This document shows positions 22,401 through 34,700 of a stretch of 64,000 nt of DNA, piece by piece. Origin of the DNA: Lama guanicoe (taxonomy: Eukaryota); the NCBI GenBank assembly GCA_013239625.1, contig MU054645.1, positions 192,403-256,402 of the forward strand, in the 5' to 3' direction. Position 1 is the stretch's first letter; the number at the start of each line of letters is the position of its first letter. A program made the translations under genes and the position numbers. The notes below the pieces were generated by a model, which saw nothing but the letters and a program-made list of their open reading frames with translations, had not been told where the DNA came from and did no database searches.

Positions 22401-25400
22401 CATCGAACTGTTGGGGGACTCCCTATCACCTACAGTGCCAGTTGGAGCCATTCCTGGGATTACCCCCATGACACAGCCCCCCTTCACCCCTTGCCTGCTC
22501 CCNNNNNNNNNNNNNNNNNNNNNNNNNNNNNNNNNNNNNNNNNNNNNNNNNNNNNNNNNNNNNNNNNNNNNNNNNNNNNNNNNNNNNNNNNNNNNNNNNN
22601 NNNNNNNNNNNNNNNNNNNNNNNNNNNNNNNNNNNNNNNNNNNNNNNNNNNNNNNNNNNNNNNTCCAGCGGGCTGGCTCTCTTGTGTCTCTGTCTCTGGG
22701 TGGGGCTGGCTGCCTTTCCTCGGGCTTCAGTTTTCATTTCAGCTGGAAACCTCTCTCCCCACACACCCACACGCTGGAGCGGGCCGCAGGGAGACCACTG
22801 GCAAACAGGCCTGTGGGAGTGGGGGCTCGGCTAGGGGAATCCCCCTTTCCGCCTCCTTAGCAGAGCCCTGCTCCTGAACCCCGAGATCTCCCCCTGCTGG
22901 GGGAATGCTGAACCCCATAGACACCAGCCTCTCCAGGGTGAATGAGACAAGCACTCCACCTTCCCACCGAGTACTAGGAGGCCAGGATTCCCGGACCTGG
23001 GCCCTTTTCCTCTTCAGTGCTCCCCAGTCTCAGATTTCCAGGCTCCTCTTGGGGAATGGGGCAGCTGGAGGGCCTGCTTCCTGCCCAGAGCCCCCTGGGC
23101 CCCTAGAGGTGGCCCAGCCCTCCTCCCTTCTTGTTCCACCTTCCTCTCCCTTGTAGCTGCCAGATTAGACAAGGGCTCTAGATAAAGCCCCGCAGAGAGG
23201 ACTCAGTTGTGCAGATAACATGCTCTAGTTCTCTCTCCTGGAGGGAGAAGAGGAGGAGGGATGTGAGTGGGGTTCCTCAGCCTGCCATTTCCTTTTTCTC
23301 TTCTTTTGANNNNNNNNNNNNNNNNNNNNNNNNNNNNNNNNNNNNNNNNNNNNNNNNNNNNNNNNNNNNNNNNNNNNNNNNNNNNNNNNNNNNNNNNNNN
23401 NNNNNNNNNNNNNNNNNNNNNNNNNNNNNNNNNNNNNNNNNNNNNNAGTGTCCCCCATTCCCTTGGTTGCCATGGGGACTTGTCACATGGTTTCCCCCCA
23501 ACCTGATAACCTGTGGGTCTCCCTGCTTCCTCTTCCTTGCATGAGGACAAGACAGCAGCCTGGATGAGGGGAGTTCATGTGTGAAGGGGTCCCTTTAATT
23601 ACCATGGCAACAAATCCACACCACCTGGTGACACATCCTCCTGTTGTTATGGCGACAGAGGAACATCACGCAGTGACATATGGCCATATTCCCAAGGAAA
23701 TGAGCCCTACCCTGAGAAGGGTGAAAGACCCCCCACTGCCATTAATTATTCCTCCATTGAGATTGTCCCAAATTTTCCTGTGCTTTGGTGTTTTCCCTGT
23801 CCATTTATGTTTATCTGTAGGGAAAAGGGAGAGGTGAGAGTGGGCAGGATGTACTTGGGAGTCAGGTGAATTGCCAAGGGGCCTCTTGAGATGGGGCTTC
23901 TGTGGTTAAGAGCTGGAGGTGGGGTTATCTGGAGGCAGACTCTGGCTATAAGAGGCCCCAGTGTGAGCATGTGTAAGGTGGGGACAGAAGGAGGGACAGC
24001 TCCTCTACGGTGTCTCTTCTCCCCATCCCCACCCCCCAGTTATAATCAATTCCTCACTGTAGAAGCAAACAAAGCAGGAAAACATGAATGGGGAGATACA
24101 TCTGGCTTCTAGGCAGGGAGACTGATTGATGGATTGACTTACTCATTTATTCTTCCCATGTACTGATCATCCGCTACATGCCAGGCACATACCACTCCAA
24201 GCGCTGTGGGAGCTTAGATATATCAGAGTTCCCTTGGCTCAGTGAGGGAGATGAGACAAGGCCACAGGTGACATGGTGGAATCCCTGCCATTAGAAGGGT
24301 CCAAACAGGTGTCTCGGGAGCCCCTCTCCCCAGAACTACCCACCTCCCCTCATGTAGAGACATCTGCTCACATGAATCCCTTCCAGAGCAGTGGAGAGAA
24401 GGGGGCTAGCTTGGAGAAAGCAGACCAGTTCTTGAGGGTAATTGTGTCCTTCCCTTTCCAGTTGATGGCCTCAATGGAGCTCCCTCCTTGTCCCCTTTTT
24501 TTCAGGATGACCCCTGGCCGACCCCCATTCTGGGGAGAGATCCATTGGGCTGTGGCTCCACTCAGGAAAATAGCTCTATGGAAACAGCACTTTTCATTTC
24601 CCCCTTCCATCTACTTACCCCAAAAACCTAGAACTTTTTTTTTATTTTTTATTTAACATCTTGTGAGGATGTGAGTTTAGGGAAATTGCAGTGCTTTGGG
24701 AAGCTTGGGTACCTGTCGGTGGGAAGGGAGGTGAGTCTCAGGGAAAAGGGCCTAGGTGGCAGGAAAGGGTAGGAGGGCTGTGAGGGGATTCAATGTGGAC
24801 TCCTAGAGCGGGGAGGTTCAGGACAGGGAGTGGGTATGGCTGGGCCCAGCTTCGAGGAAAGTCCTTGGGTCACTGGTCACAGCCTTCTCACTCCAGAAGT
24901 GGAGTTATGACAGGAAGCTTCCCTGTGCTCCAGGCTGTCTCCACCGCATGGAGTCTGGCTTGGTGCGTAATGTTGTAGGCGGCCATGACACCCTCCCTAC
25001 CTCCACCCCCGGACCTTCTCCTTTCCCCAGCCCCTGACTCTCTGCTGGTTTCTAGCCTCTTTGCTCTACCCTACCCCTCTCATATTTCCCTTGAGAAAAA
25101 TAGGATGCTTGGTCGCTTATCTGTGAGTCTAATACCCAGAACCTTCTAAGGTTCAGAGGCCACTTTGTACATTCTCCTGTTGATGGACTGGAAGTGAACC
25201 CCTTAATGAAATCCACTATGTGGAAAGACTCAGGGTTTAGGAGGATCCTTCTCTCCCCCTTGCTGCAAAACCTTCTGTTTTAGTGGATCTGGGGTGGGGC
25301 TTTGCTGGAAGCCGTAAGAAGGTGTGATGGTGTCATGGTCTGTACACAGGGTACCGTCCACTAGTCACAGGCCAGGGGCTTATGTCTCGCACAGGGCCTG

Positions 25401-28400
25401 GTGTGTAGTGGGTCCTCATTACTTACATGTGTGAATGTGTCTGGAGGCCATCTGAGGGCTTTGAGAGGCCAGGGGCTGCTGGTGGAAGAGGCAGCCTGAG
25501 ACTCCGGTTCTGTGGTGCCTGTCTGCCTCGGCCTGTGTGTCTGGGGCTGGTGTGGTCATGACAGCTCCTTCTCAGCAGCCTGCCCAGCTATGGAAGCTGC
25601 TATCCCAGATCGGAAGCTTGGAAACCTCAGTCTCATCCAGGTTTCTCTCGTGACCTTCAGTGCATGATTTTGGCTGTCTGGGCCTCAGTTTCCTTGGGTC
25701 CTGGGGAAGAAGATGATCTAGCCTGGGTGCTTCATGGGACTGCTGTGAGCATCAAATGTGGCACGCTGTGAAAGTGCTTGGTAAACTGTAAGGCAGGCAT
25801 AATCTGACTTTAGGTTTGAGTCACACATTCACATACATTATCTCATTTGCTTCTCACATCTTCCCTGTGAGGTAGGGAGAATAGGATTCAGATTCAGCAG
25901 CAAACTCTTGGTGCCTGGCATTTCCACAAGCACGATCGATTTTATCCCTTAAATGGCTTGTGTAAATAGTCAGGGTATTTGTGGCTTTTCCTACTTTACA
26001 GACAAGCTTGTCCAGAGAGATGAGATGGCCGAGCTGGGACTGGGCCTGGGGGCCAGTGTGATATGTAGGCCAGGGCCCTCCCCACACAGCTGGCTGCATC
26101 TCATATGGGGTTGGGGAGTTAAGAAGTGACAGGGGCTTGGGCAGGACGTGGGGGCCCAGGCTTAACTCCAGCCCTGGCCAGCTTTGTCCTTGACCACTTG
26201 CTACCTGGTTTGAGCGCATCAGCATGTTGGTCATCCTTCTAAACTGTGTGACCCTGGGCATGTTCCGGCCGTGTGAAGACATCGCCTGTGACTCCCAGCG
26301 CTGCCGAATCCTGCAGGTGAGTGTGTATGTGTCGGGGGAGGGGCCAGCTCCTGAGCGCCTGGTAACCCTGATACCGTCTCTGCAAGAGGTTCTGAGCCCA
26401 CAGGGTGGGGTGGGGGGTGGGGGGCGTTCCCCCACCCTTTTCTCAGTTTCAGCAGCCTCTTGTCCCTGCATCAGGCCTTTGACGACTTCATCTTTGCCTT
26501 CTTCGCCGTGGAGATGGTAGTGAAGATGGTGGCCTTGGGCATCTTTGGGAAAAAATGTTACCTGGGAGACACTTGGAATCGGCTTGACTTTTTCATCGTC
26601 ATTGCAGGGTGAGGGCTGGGGCTTGAAGCGGGAGGGCGATGGAGCAGATCGGTCCTTCCTCCGGGGCCTTGGGCTAGACCCTGCGCCCACCTCCAGCACA
26701 CTCACCACACTGCTTGTCCCTGGCTGCTCACCAAGGGTCCAAGGCTGTCCTGCCCACAGTGCTCAGCCTGTACCTCTCTGAATTCCACGGCCTGTCCATC
26801 TGCAGCCTCCTCCATTTGTTCTCTGTTCTCTGTCCTTGGCTTGGGGGGTGGCCTTACCCCCAGTTGGAGAGCTGGCTTTTCAGAGTCCCTTGGTGGAGGG
26901 GGAGGAGTCAGAGATCCTGTTGCCCCCACAGCAGGATTCCTCATTGACCTCTCCTGCCCCACACGGTGGCCTCAGACTTAAAGGGCCTCCCTTTGGGCCC
27001 CTCCCTGCAGGATGCTGGAATACTCGCTGGACCTGCAGAACGTCAGCTTCTCAGCTGTCAGGACAGTCCGCGTGCTGCGACCGCTCAGGGCTATTAACCG
27101 GGTGCCCAGTGAGTGACCCCTCAGCCCTCGGCCCCTGCATGGAGAGCCCCAAGAGGAAATAAGGAAATCTCAGACCCTACCCCTATCTCCTGACTGCTGT
27201 CAGGCCTCGGCAGGGCCTAGCACCTTGAGGCAGGCCCCACCAGAGGAGGGCTCAGGGGGAGCTGGGTCACTGGAGCCAAATGGAGCCCCATACCCACTGA
27301 GGCACTGTGAGAGTTACCTGCAAAGACCCTACCCCCTCACTTTAGCCTGATTTTCAGTCAGAGTCTCGCGAATGTCTCAGATGACCTCTTCCCTTCAGCC
27401 AGACCAGCACTCCCTCCAGTGGAACAGAGGTGGGCTGGAGCAGGGTGGAGAGGCTGGCAGGCCAAGAGGAGTGGGTGCAAAGTGGGATGGCCATTTCTAG
27501 CCAGAACCGCCTCTCATACAGTCTGGTTCCTGTTGGTGAGACCACACTGGCCACACTAAGCACAACTCTCAAGACAAGGCCACTCCATGCCTCATCCTCC
27601 CGCCTGTGTCCTCTTCCTCTTTCCACCCCCTTCCAACCCGCTGCAGCAACTAACTGCCGGGACCATTATCTAAATTAAACCGCATTGGTTTCTGAGCCAG
27701 CCAGGCTTTGGCAGCTCCAGCTCCCCCTACATCCCGCCCCCCACCCTTGCTCAGGCCCCCTTTGCAACTCCTCAGCCTACACAAGCTGCAGATGGTCTCC
27801 GATGCAGTCCCAGGAGTTGGGGTGGGGTGGGGGCATCCTTCTGGGGCTCTGTGTCTGATGTAGCAGTAGCCCCCTTTGCTGTGTGTGCATGCATGCCTGT
27901 GTACATGTGCGCGTGTGTGCGTGTGCGTGTGCGTGTATCTGGGTGGGCAGAGCTGCTCAGTGTTTCCTCCAGGCATTGGGGTGTGTTCGTGTTAGGAGCT
28001 CCAGACGAGGGGCACGCCTTCTCTCCTCTCCCGCCCCAGGTGATGGCTGGCAGATTTATAGGCCTCTAACTACCGGTATAATTCCCTTAATGCAAACCCT
28101 GAGGAATTGATCTCAGTTGGAGCACAGAGGAGCTGAAGGGGGCTGAGGCTGGGGGAGGGGGAGAGGGACTGAGTGAAAAGACTAAGCTGGCAGGGGCAGG
28201 GCAGTCACCAAGAGGGTTAATTAGCAGCTGCTTAGAAGCTTTTTCCCTGGAGGGGGCAGGGAGCCTTGAGTGACACTTTGGGGGTTGAAACTAGCCACCA
28301 GAGGTCTGTGTGCTTGACAAGGGCTTGGTGGCCTGGGGGCTAGATCTGGAGTATGGCAATATCTTAAGAGCGGGGTTGTGGTGGCTCTCCCTGTAGAAGG

Positions 28401-28681
28401 GGTTGTTAACTGATGGCCACCTGAGGAAACAGTCTTGTGTCTCCTCAGGTCCTGACTGTGAGGATCTGGACCAAGCAGAGACTAGACTCAGGGAGGGGGC
28501 TCAGGACCATGGTGAAGTGCGGGGCATCTTGGCCGCTGTTGAGGGGTTGGCTCTCAAAGGGAAATTCCCACCTGCTAACGTCCTTCCTGGAGTTCTCTGC
28601 CTTGGTTTCCCCAGTGACTTTGGTAGCGGTAACTTAGAAAGGTCAAGTGACTATGTTTGGTGAGAGAAGGAAGTAGGATGG

Positions 28682-28721
<40 letters not shown>

Positions 28722-31700
28722 GTGCACGTGTGCCAGTGCGAATGCATGTGTGTTAGGGACCAGGATTTGGAAGCAGAGAGCCTGGTTTAAGTCCTGGCAC
28801 CTACATTTAGCAGCTCTGTGATACTGGACAAGTCATGTCAGTTCTCTGGAGCCTCCATCCTCATCTGCAAACTGGGGGTGATATCCCTGCTGTGAATCAT
28901 CCCTGCTGGGGAGTTAGGTGGGATGCGGTGGAGGAGAGTGCTTTGGAAACTGCGGCCACTCTGGCCCATCCTTGGCGGTACTGACTGCTGTGGGCCAAGA
29001 GGCACAGCAGGTAAGGGTTGGGGGCTGCAGGAGCTGCCCGCAGAGTTAGTGGTGTCTGTTGGTCTCCCTCCAGCTTTGGGCCATCTCAGCCTCAGAGGGC
29101 CCTGGTGGGCCCCCTCTGGGAGTGCTGCCAGGCCAGTGGCAGGCAGCCTAGCCTGGCCAGCCTGGCATCCCCAGCGTGGCTTCTGCCCCCACAGGCATGC
29201 GCATCCTCGTCACGCTGCTGCTGGACACGCTGCCCATGCTGGGCAATGTCCTGCTGCTGTGCTTCTTCGTCTTCTTCATCTTCGGCATCGTTGGTGTCCA
29301 GCTGTGGGCAGGGCTGCTTCGTAACCGATGCTTCCTGCCTGAGAATTTCAGCCTGTGAGTGGTGCTGGGGCTGGGAGGTGACCTGGGTGCTGTTGTGGGG
29401 CTGGGACTTCCCTCAGTCCCTGTTGCTAGTGACATCTCTTCTCATGTCAGTGATGTGTCTTGGTTCTCAAAATTGGCTTCACACTGGAGTCACTGGGGAG
29501 TTTAAGTAATTGCTGAGGCCTGAGTTACCCCCTCTCAGGTTTTGATCTCGTCGGTGTGGGGTTCAACCTGGGCATGGGGATTTTTAAAAGTTTCTCAGTG
29601 AGCCTACAGCACAGCCACATTGGAAACCACTGCTCTAGGATGTAGCCTTCCCACATGCTGACTCTGGAGTTTCACGCTCAGCCCTTCGGTGCCCTCCTAC
29701 CCATACCCACAAATCCTTGCCCCTGCCCAGTGCTTGCCCTGCATGCCTCAATGCATGTCCCACTCCTCCCTGTCCCCTCCGCAGCCCCCTGAGCGTGGAC
29801 CTGGAGCGCTATTACCAGACGGAGAACGAGGACGAGAACCCCTTCATCTGCTCCCAGCCGCGCGAGAACGGCATGCGCTCCTGCAGGAGTGTGCCCACGC
29901 TGCGTGGGGACGGCGGCGGCGGCCCGCCCTGCGGNNNNNNNNNNNNNNNNNNNNNNNNNNNNNNNNNNNNNNNNNNNNNNNNNNNNNNNNNNNNNNNNNN
30001 NNNNNNNNNNNNNNNNNNNNNNNNNNNNNNNNNNNNNNNNNNNNNNNNNNNNNNNNNNNNNNNNNNNNNNNNNNNNNNNNNNNNNNNNNNNNNNNNNNNN
30101 NNNNNNNNNNNNNNCCAGAACACAAGGACAAGGACACAGTCCATTGCCAGGGCTGGGATGGGGTCAGAGCCCCTGGGGGAAACTGCAGGAGGCTTTAGGG
30201 GGCCCAGAGTCAGCTTGCCCCTCTCCACCTCCCCAGGTCATTACGCTGGAGGGCTGGGTCGACATCATGTACTTTGTGATGGATGCTCACTCCTTCTACA
30301 ACTTCATCTACTTCATCCTTCTCATCATCGTGAGTGCCTCCTCAGGCCCCGTGGGGATCTGGAATCCTGGAGAAATGGATGGGGGAAGTCTGGAGAGGGA
30401 AAGACTGGTTCTGTCTGAAGTTCTAGCTCTCAGGACAAGCTTCACAGAGATGCAGACAGAAGGCACATGTCGTGAGGAGTCAGGAGGAAATCCAAGGTCA
30501 AGCCCTGTCTGTCACTACCACTTATAACCTTGAACAAGTCATTCCCCATGAGGTCCCGACCCCACCCTGGGCATCTGTTTCTTCATCAGATGGTTCCCAA
30601 CCTGGCGTGATGCTGCCTTTCCTGGGGCGCATTTGGAAATGGCAAAAGGTGGTCCTGTTTTTTTTTTTTTTACAAGGACTAGTGGAACACTGTTGGTATT
30701 TTTGGGGGGGCAGGAGGGAAGATAATAAACACCCTGAAATGGCAGTCCTGCAAACAAATAGTCGTTCCACCCCAAATTCCTATTATTCGGTGTTGAGAAA
30801 CGCTGTGGGATCTCTTGTTCCTTCCAGCTCAGAAGTTCCAAGATTTATAAGGACAAAAGACAGAGGCAAAAGTGGCAATATTTAATAGTTTTAATCACTA
30901 CTATTCATAATTAATCATTTAATTGCTGCCACTTACAGCTGTTACTGACTGAGCACTTACTATGTGCCAGTCCCTGCTCTAAGCACTTTTTATGTGCAGG
31001 TGCTTTCACTCTGCACCGTGATCCTGTTATCATCTCCGTTTTACAGATGAGGAAACTGATGTCTCCTCACTTGTCTGACCCCATCCGGTGTTTTGCGTGT
31101 GCTGTGGATTAATCTTGCTGGGGGAGCGTCCCTGCTAGGGTGCTGTAATGTCTGCTGCCTGCTTAATCCCCAAAGCCCCCTGTGAGGTGGGCATGTGTGT
31201 TCAGGGATTGTGGCCTCATCTGCTACACGAGAACTCTGAGCTTCAGAGGGCTTGGCCACTGGGCTAAGTAAGTGGCTGGAACTGAGAATTCAACCCCAGG
31301 TTACTGACTCCAAGTCTGAACCTTTTCCCATGGCATCAAGAGGCCAGTGACAGAGCCAACAGAGGGGCGGATATTGAGAGGAAGAAATGAAGGTGTACTC
31401 AGGATGTAGAACAGGCTCCAGAGAGAGGCAGAGACAGAATAAAGACCTCTTGGTGAGGGAGAGGCAGAGAGGAGACCCTGAGAAAGAACTGCCTTTGTAC
31501 CCTTCCGTGGTGTGGAAGAGTGGCCCGGTTTGGGGCCTGTTGCCCTCCCCCCACCACTACCTGGGTGGCAAGGCCAGCACCCCTGGGAAGTGAAAGCATG
31601 ATCTTTTTACCATTCGATTCTCCCTGGGCTTGGCGGGTGGGAAGGAAGCAGACAGAGAGGTAAGGGGCCTAGTTTCCACCCTCCCACGTACCCCATGAAA

Positions 31701-34700
31701 AATCTTTCCAAACAGCTCTCTGGAATGACACTAGTGAAGCTAATTATCATAATTACTAGGACACAATATAGAAAAAAAATCTTCTTTGTCACCATAAATA
31801 TTCATTGCCTTCATTCTGGATTGTTGTCCAAGCAATTGCCATCCCAGGGTCCTGGGGAAAGTGAGGCAAGGAGCTGGAGATGAGGGAGTGTGGCCAAGTC
31901 ACAGCGGCAGCCTGGCTAGTCTGTAGGGTTCAGGATTCAGCCCATCACCCAGCTGGGGAAGGGGAGAGGCATGGGAAAAAGATACAGGCAAGGCCAAGGG
32001 TCACGGGGATGCTGAGGCCTCACTCAAGATCACACAACTGGAATGGGACTAGACGCCGGAGCTTCGTGGACATTTTTGCCAAGATCTCAAAAGCTCAATC
32101 CAATGTGAAAGCCTCGTGTCCCCGAGACAGCATTCATTTCCACAGCCTTCTTTACTCCCAGTGGGAATTGGGGAGAGACGCTCAGCTTCTCTGAGGATGG
32201 GCACGTTTAAGGGCAGGGAGTTAGGGAGCTAACCTTGCCGGATAACCACATGATCAATAGCAATGTCTTGGAATCCATAGCACTTAGTTCAAGTCTTAGC
32301 TTTGCTGGGCATTAGCTGAATGATCATGGGCAAATTCCTCAACCTCCCTGAGCCCCAGTTTCCTCACTTGTCAGATGCAGGTGATAAAAGTGTCACCTCT
32401 TGAGACTGTCATGAGAATCAAAATGAGAGATGCTTGGACAGTTATTGAGCCCGGCAGCTGGCTTGTAGGACGCGCTCAGTACTCGGAGGCTAGCCTTGTG
32501 ATTCCCTTTCCTTCAGGCTGTCTTCTCTTTCTNNNNNNNNNNNNNNNNNNNNNNNNNNNNNNNNNNNNNNNNNNNNNNNNNNNNNNNNNNNNNNNNNNNN
32601 NNNNNNNNNNNNNNNNNNNNNNNNNNNNNNNNNNNNNNNNNNNNNNNNNNNNNNNNNNNNNNNNNGCCAGCACCCTGGCCAGCTTCTCTGAGCCAGGCAG
32701 CTGCTATGAGGAGCTGCTCAAATACCTGGTGTACATCCTCCGTAAGGCAGCCCGAAGGTTGGCCCAGGTCTCCCGGGCGGTGGGTGTGCGGGCTGGGCTC
32801 CTGAGCAGCCCAGCACCCCGGGGGGATCAGGAGCCCCAGCCCGGCGGCAGCTGCTCTCGCTCCCACCGCCGTCCGTCCGTCCACCACCTGGTGCACCATC
32901 ACCACCACCATCACCACCACTACCACCTGGGCAACGGGACTCTGCGGGCCCCTCGGGCCAGCCCGCAGATCCAGGATAGGGATGCAAACAGTTCCCGCCG
33001 GCTCATGCTGCCACCGCCCTCGACACCTGCCCTCTCCCGGGGCCCTCCTGGGGTTGCGGAGTCTGTGCACAGCTTCTACCATGCTGACTGCCACTTGGAG
33101 CCAGTCCGCTGGCAGGCGCCCCCTCCCAGGTCGCCATCTGAGGCGTCGGGCAGAACTGTGGGCAGTGGGAAGGTGTACCCCACAGTGCACACCAGCCCTC
33201 CACCAGAGATGCTGAAAGAGAAGGCGCTAATGGAGGTGGCCCCCGCCTCTGGACCCTGCACCCTCACCAGCCTCAACATCCCACCCGGGCCCTACAGCTC
33301 TATGCACAAGCTGCTGGAGACACAGAGTACAGGTGAGAACTCTGGGTGGGAGTGTGTTGGTGTCCCAGAGAGAACTGGAGTCAGAAGGACAGGGCTTGGA
33401 TTCCCATTGTGCCACTCTTGGCCTTGGGACCTTCAACCAGTCATATTGCTTCTATGAGCCTTAATTTTCTCATCAATTAAAACAGGAATCCGAATTCCTC
33501 CATTTTAATAATAACAATAGCTGTCATGTCATGAACACAGATATTAATGGATTGCTGTGTGCCTGTCACATGCTTCGCAGGCAAAAGCCCACTGGATCCT
33601 CTTTGTTTAAGTGACAAACTTTCTTATCATCCCCATTTTACTGATGAGAAAAAGGAGGCTTGGAGAGGTTGTGTGACTTACCTAAGGCTGTGCCATTGGT
33701 GAGGGGTGGACTCAGGGCCCTCTGTCTCTGAGGCCCATGCTCTTTGGTCCTTGTTGCAAGATTCAGAGGGGACATGGTGTGTGATTGTGGCGAACACCAT
33801 GCCCCATGCTAAGGAGACTGCTGTAAACAAGAGTTTCATTCCCTCCCCATAGGAAGACCAGGGGCTTGGGGAAAGTCCTCAGGGGCTGCTAGCTGATGGG
33901 TAGAACACCCAGTGTCATAGGGGAAGGGGACCCTCGCTGCCTGTGGGCATCTCCCAGTCAGGCAAGGATGGCCCACCCTCCCCCACAGAAGACTCACTGT
34001 AGCTGAAGCCCAGGGCCTGTGTTTCAGGAAGGATGTGGCACGTGGGAGAAGTGGGATATTTGTGGGATGTTATGTGGGAACGTGGGCTGGGACAGGAAGG
34101 TGCCATCACAGAACGCAGTGGGAAGGGTTCTTGTGCCAGCTCTTCCACTACCCTGCTCGGGCACCAGCCAGCCTCATGCACGCAAGGTTCCGTTCCCTCC
34201 TGTGTGAAAGGCAGGGTTGGGACCATCATTTTGTGCAGGCAGAAGGGAAATGTTGGATGCCTACTAGGGGCTGGGTGCCTTCATGTCCATGCTTCCCTGG
34301 GTGGTCTCTGTAGTTTCTTTCAGCTGTCAGAGTCTATGATCAAAGCTGGATTGAAATGGGCATTGGTGTCCTGGGAGAGGGCTGTGTGCCTGTACATACA
34401 CAGTCTGGTGTGTGTGTGCATGAAGGTGTCTAGTGTGTGTCTGTGCCCATTTGCATGTACGGGTCTGGTGTTCACGTGCACATGTGTGCACACGAGTCTG
34501 ATGTGTGCAGGGTGCATGTATGCATAGATGTGGTGGTGCTCTCGTCTGGTATGTATGCACACCTGTGTGTGCATGTGCCTGGCACATGTGCACTGTGTGA
34601 TGTGCATGTGTCAGTGTCCACTTGTGTTTGGCTGTACGTGTATATACAACTCAAAATAGTATGTGTATATACACAGTACATGTGTGTATGCAAGTATGTG

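Noticed and set aside
25854-26708. 284-aa minus-strand ORF
   Set aside because: Antisense shadow of CACNA1G exons 2-3; no independent coding signal.
28499-28520. RE1/NRSE-like TCAGGACCATGGTGAAG (also a partial match near 1866)
   Set aside because: Right half-site (GGACAG) missing; too weak to call.
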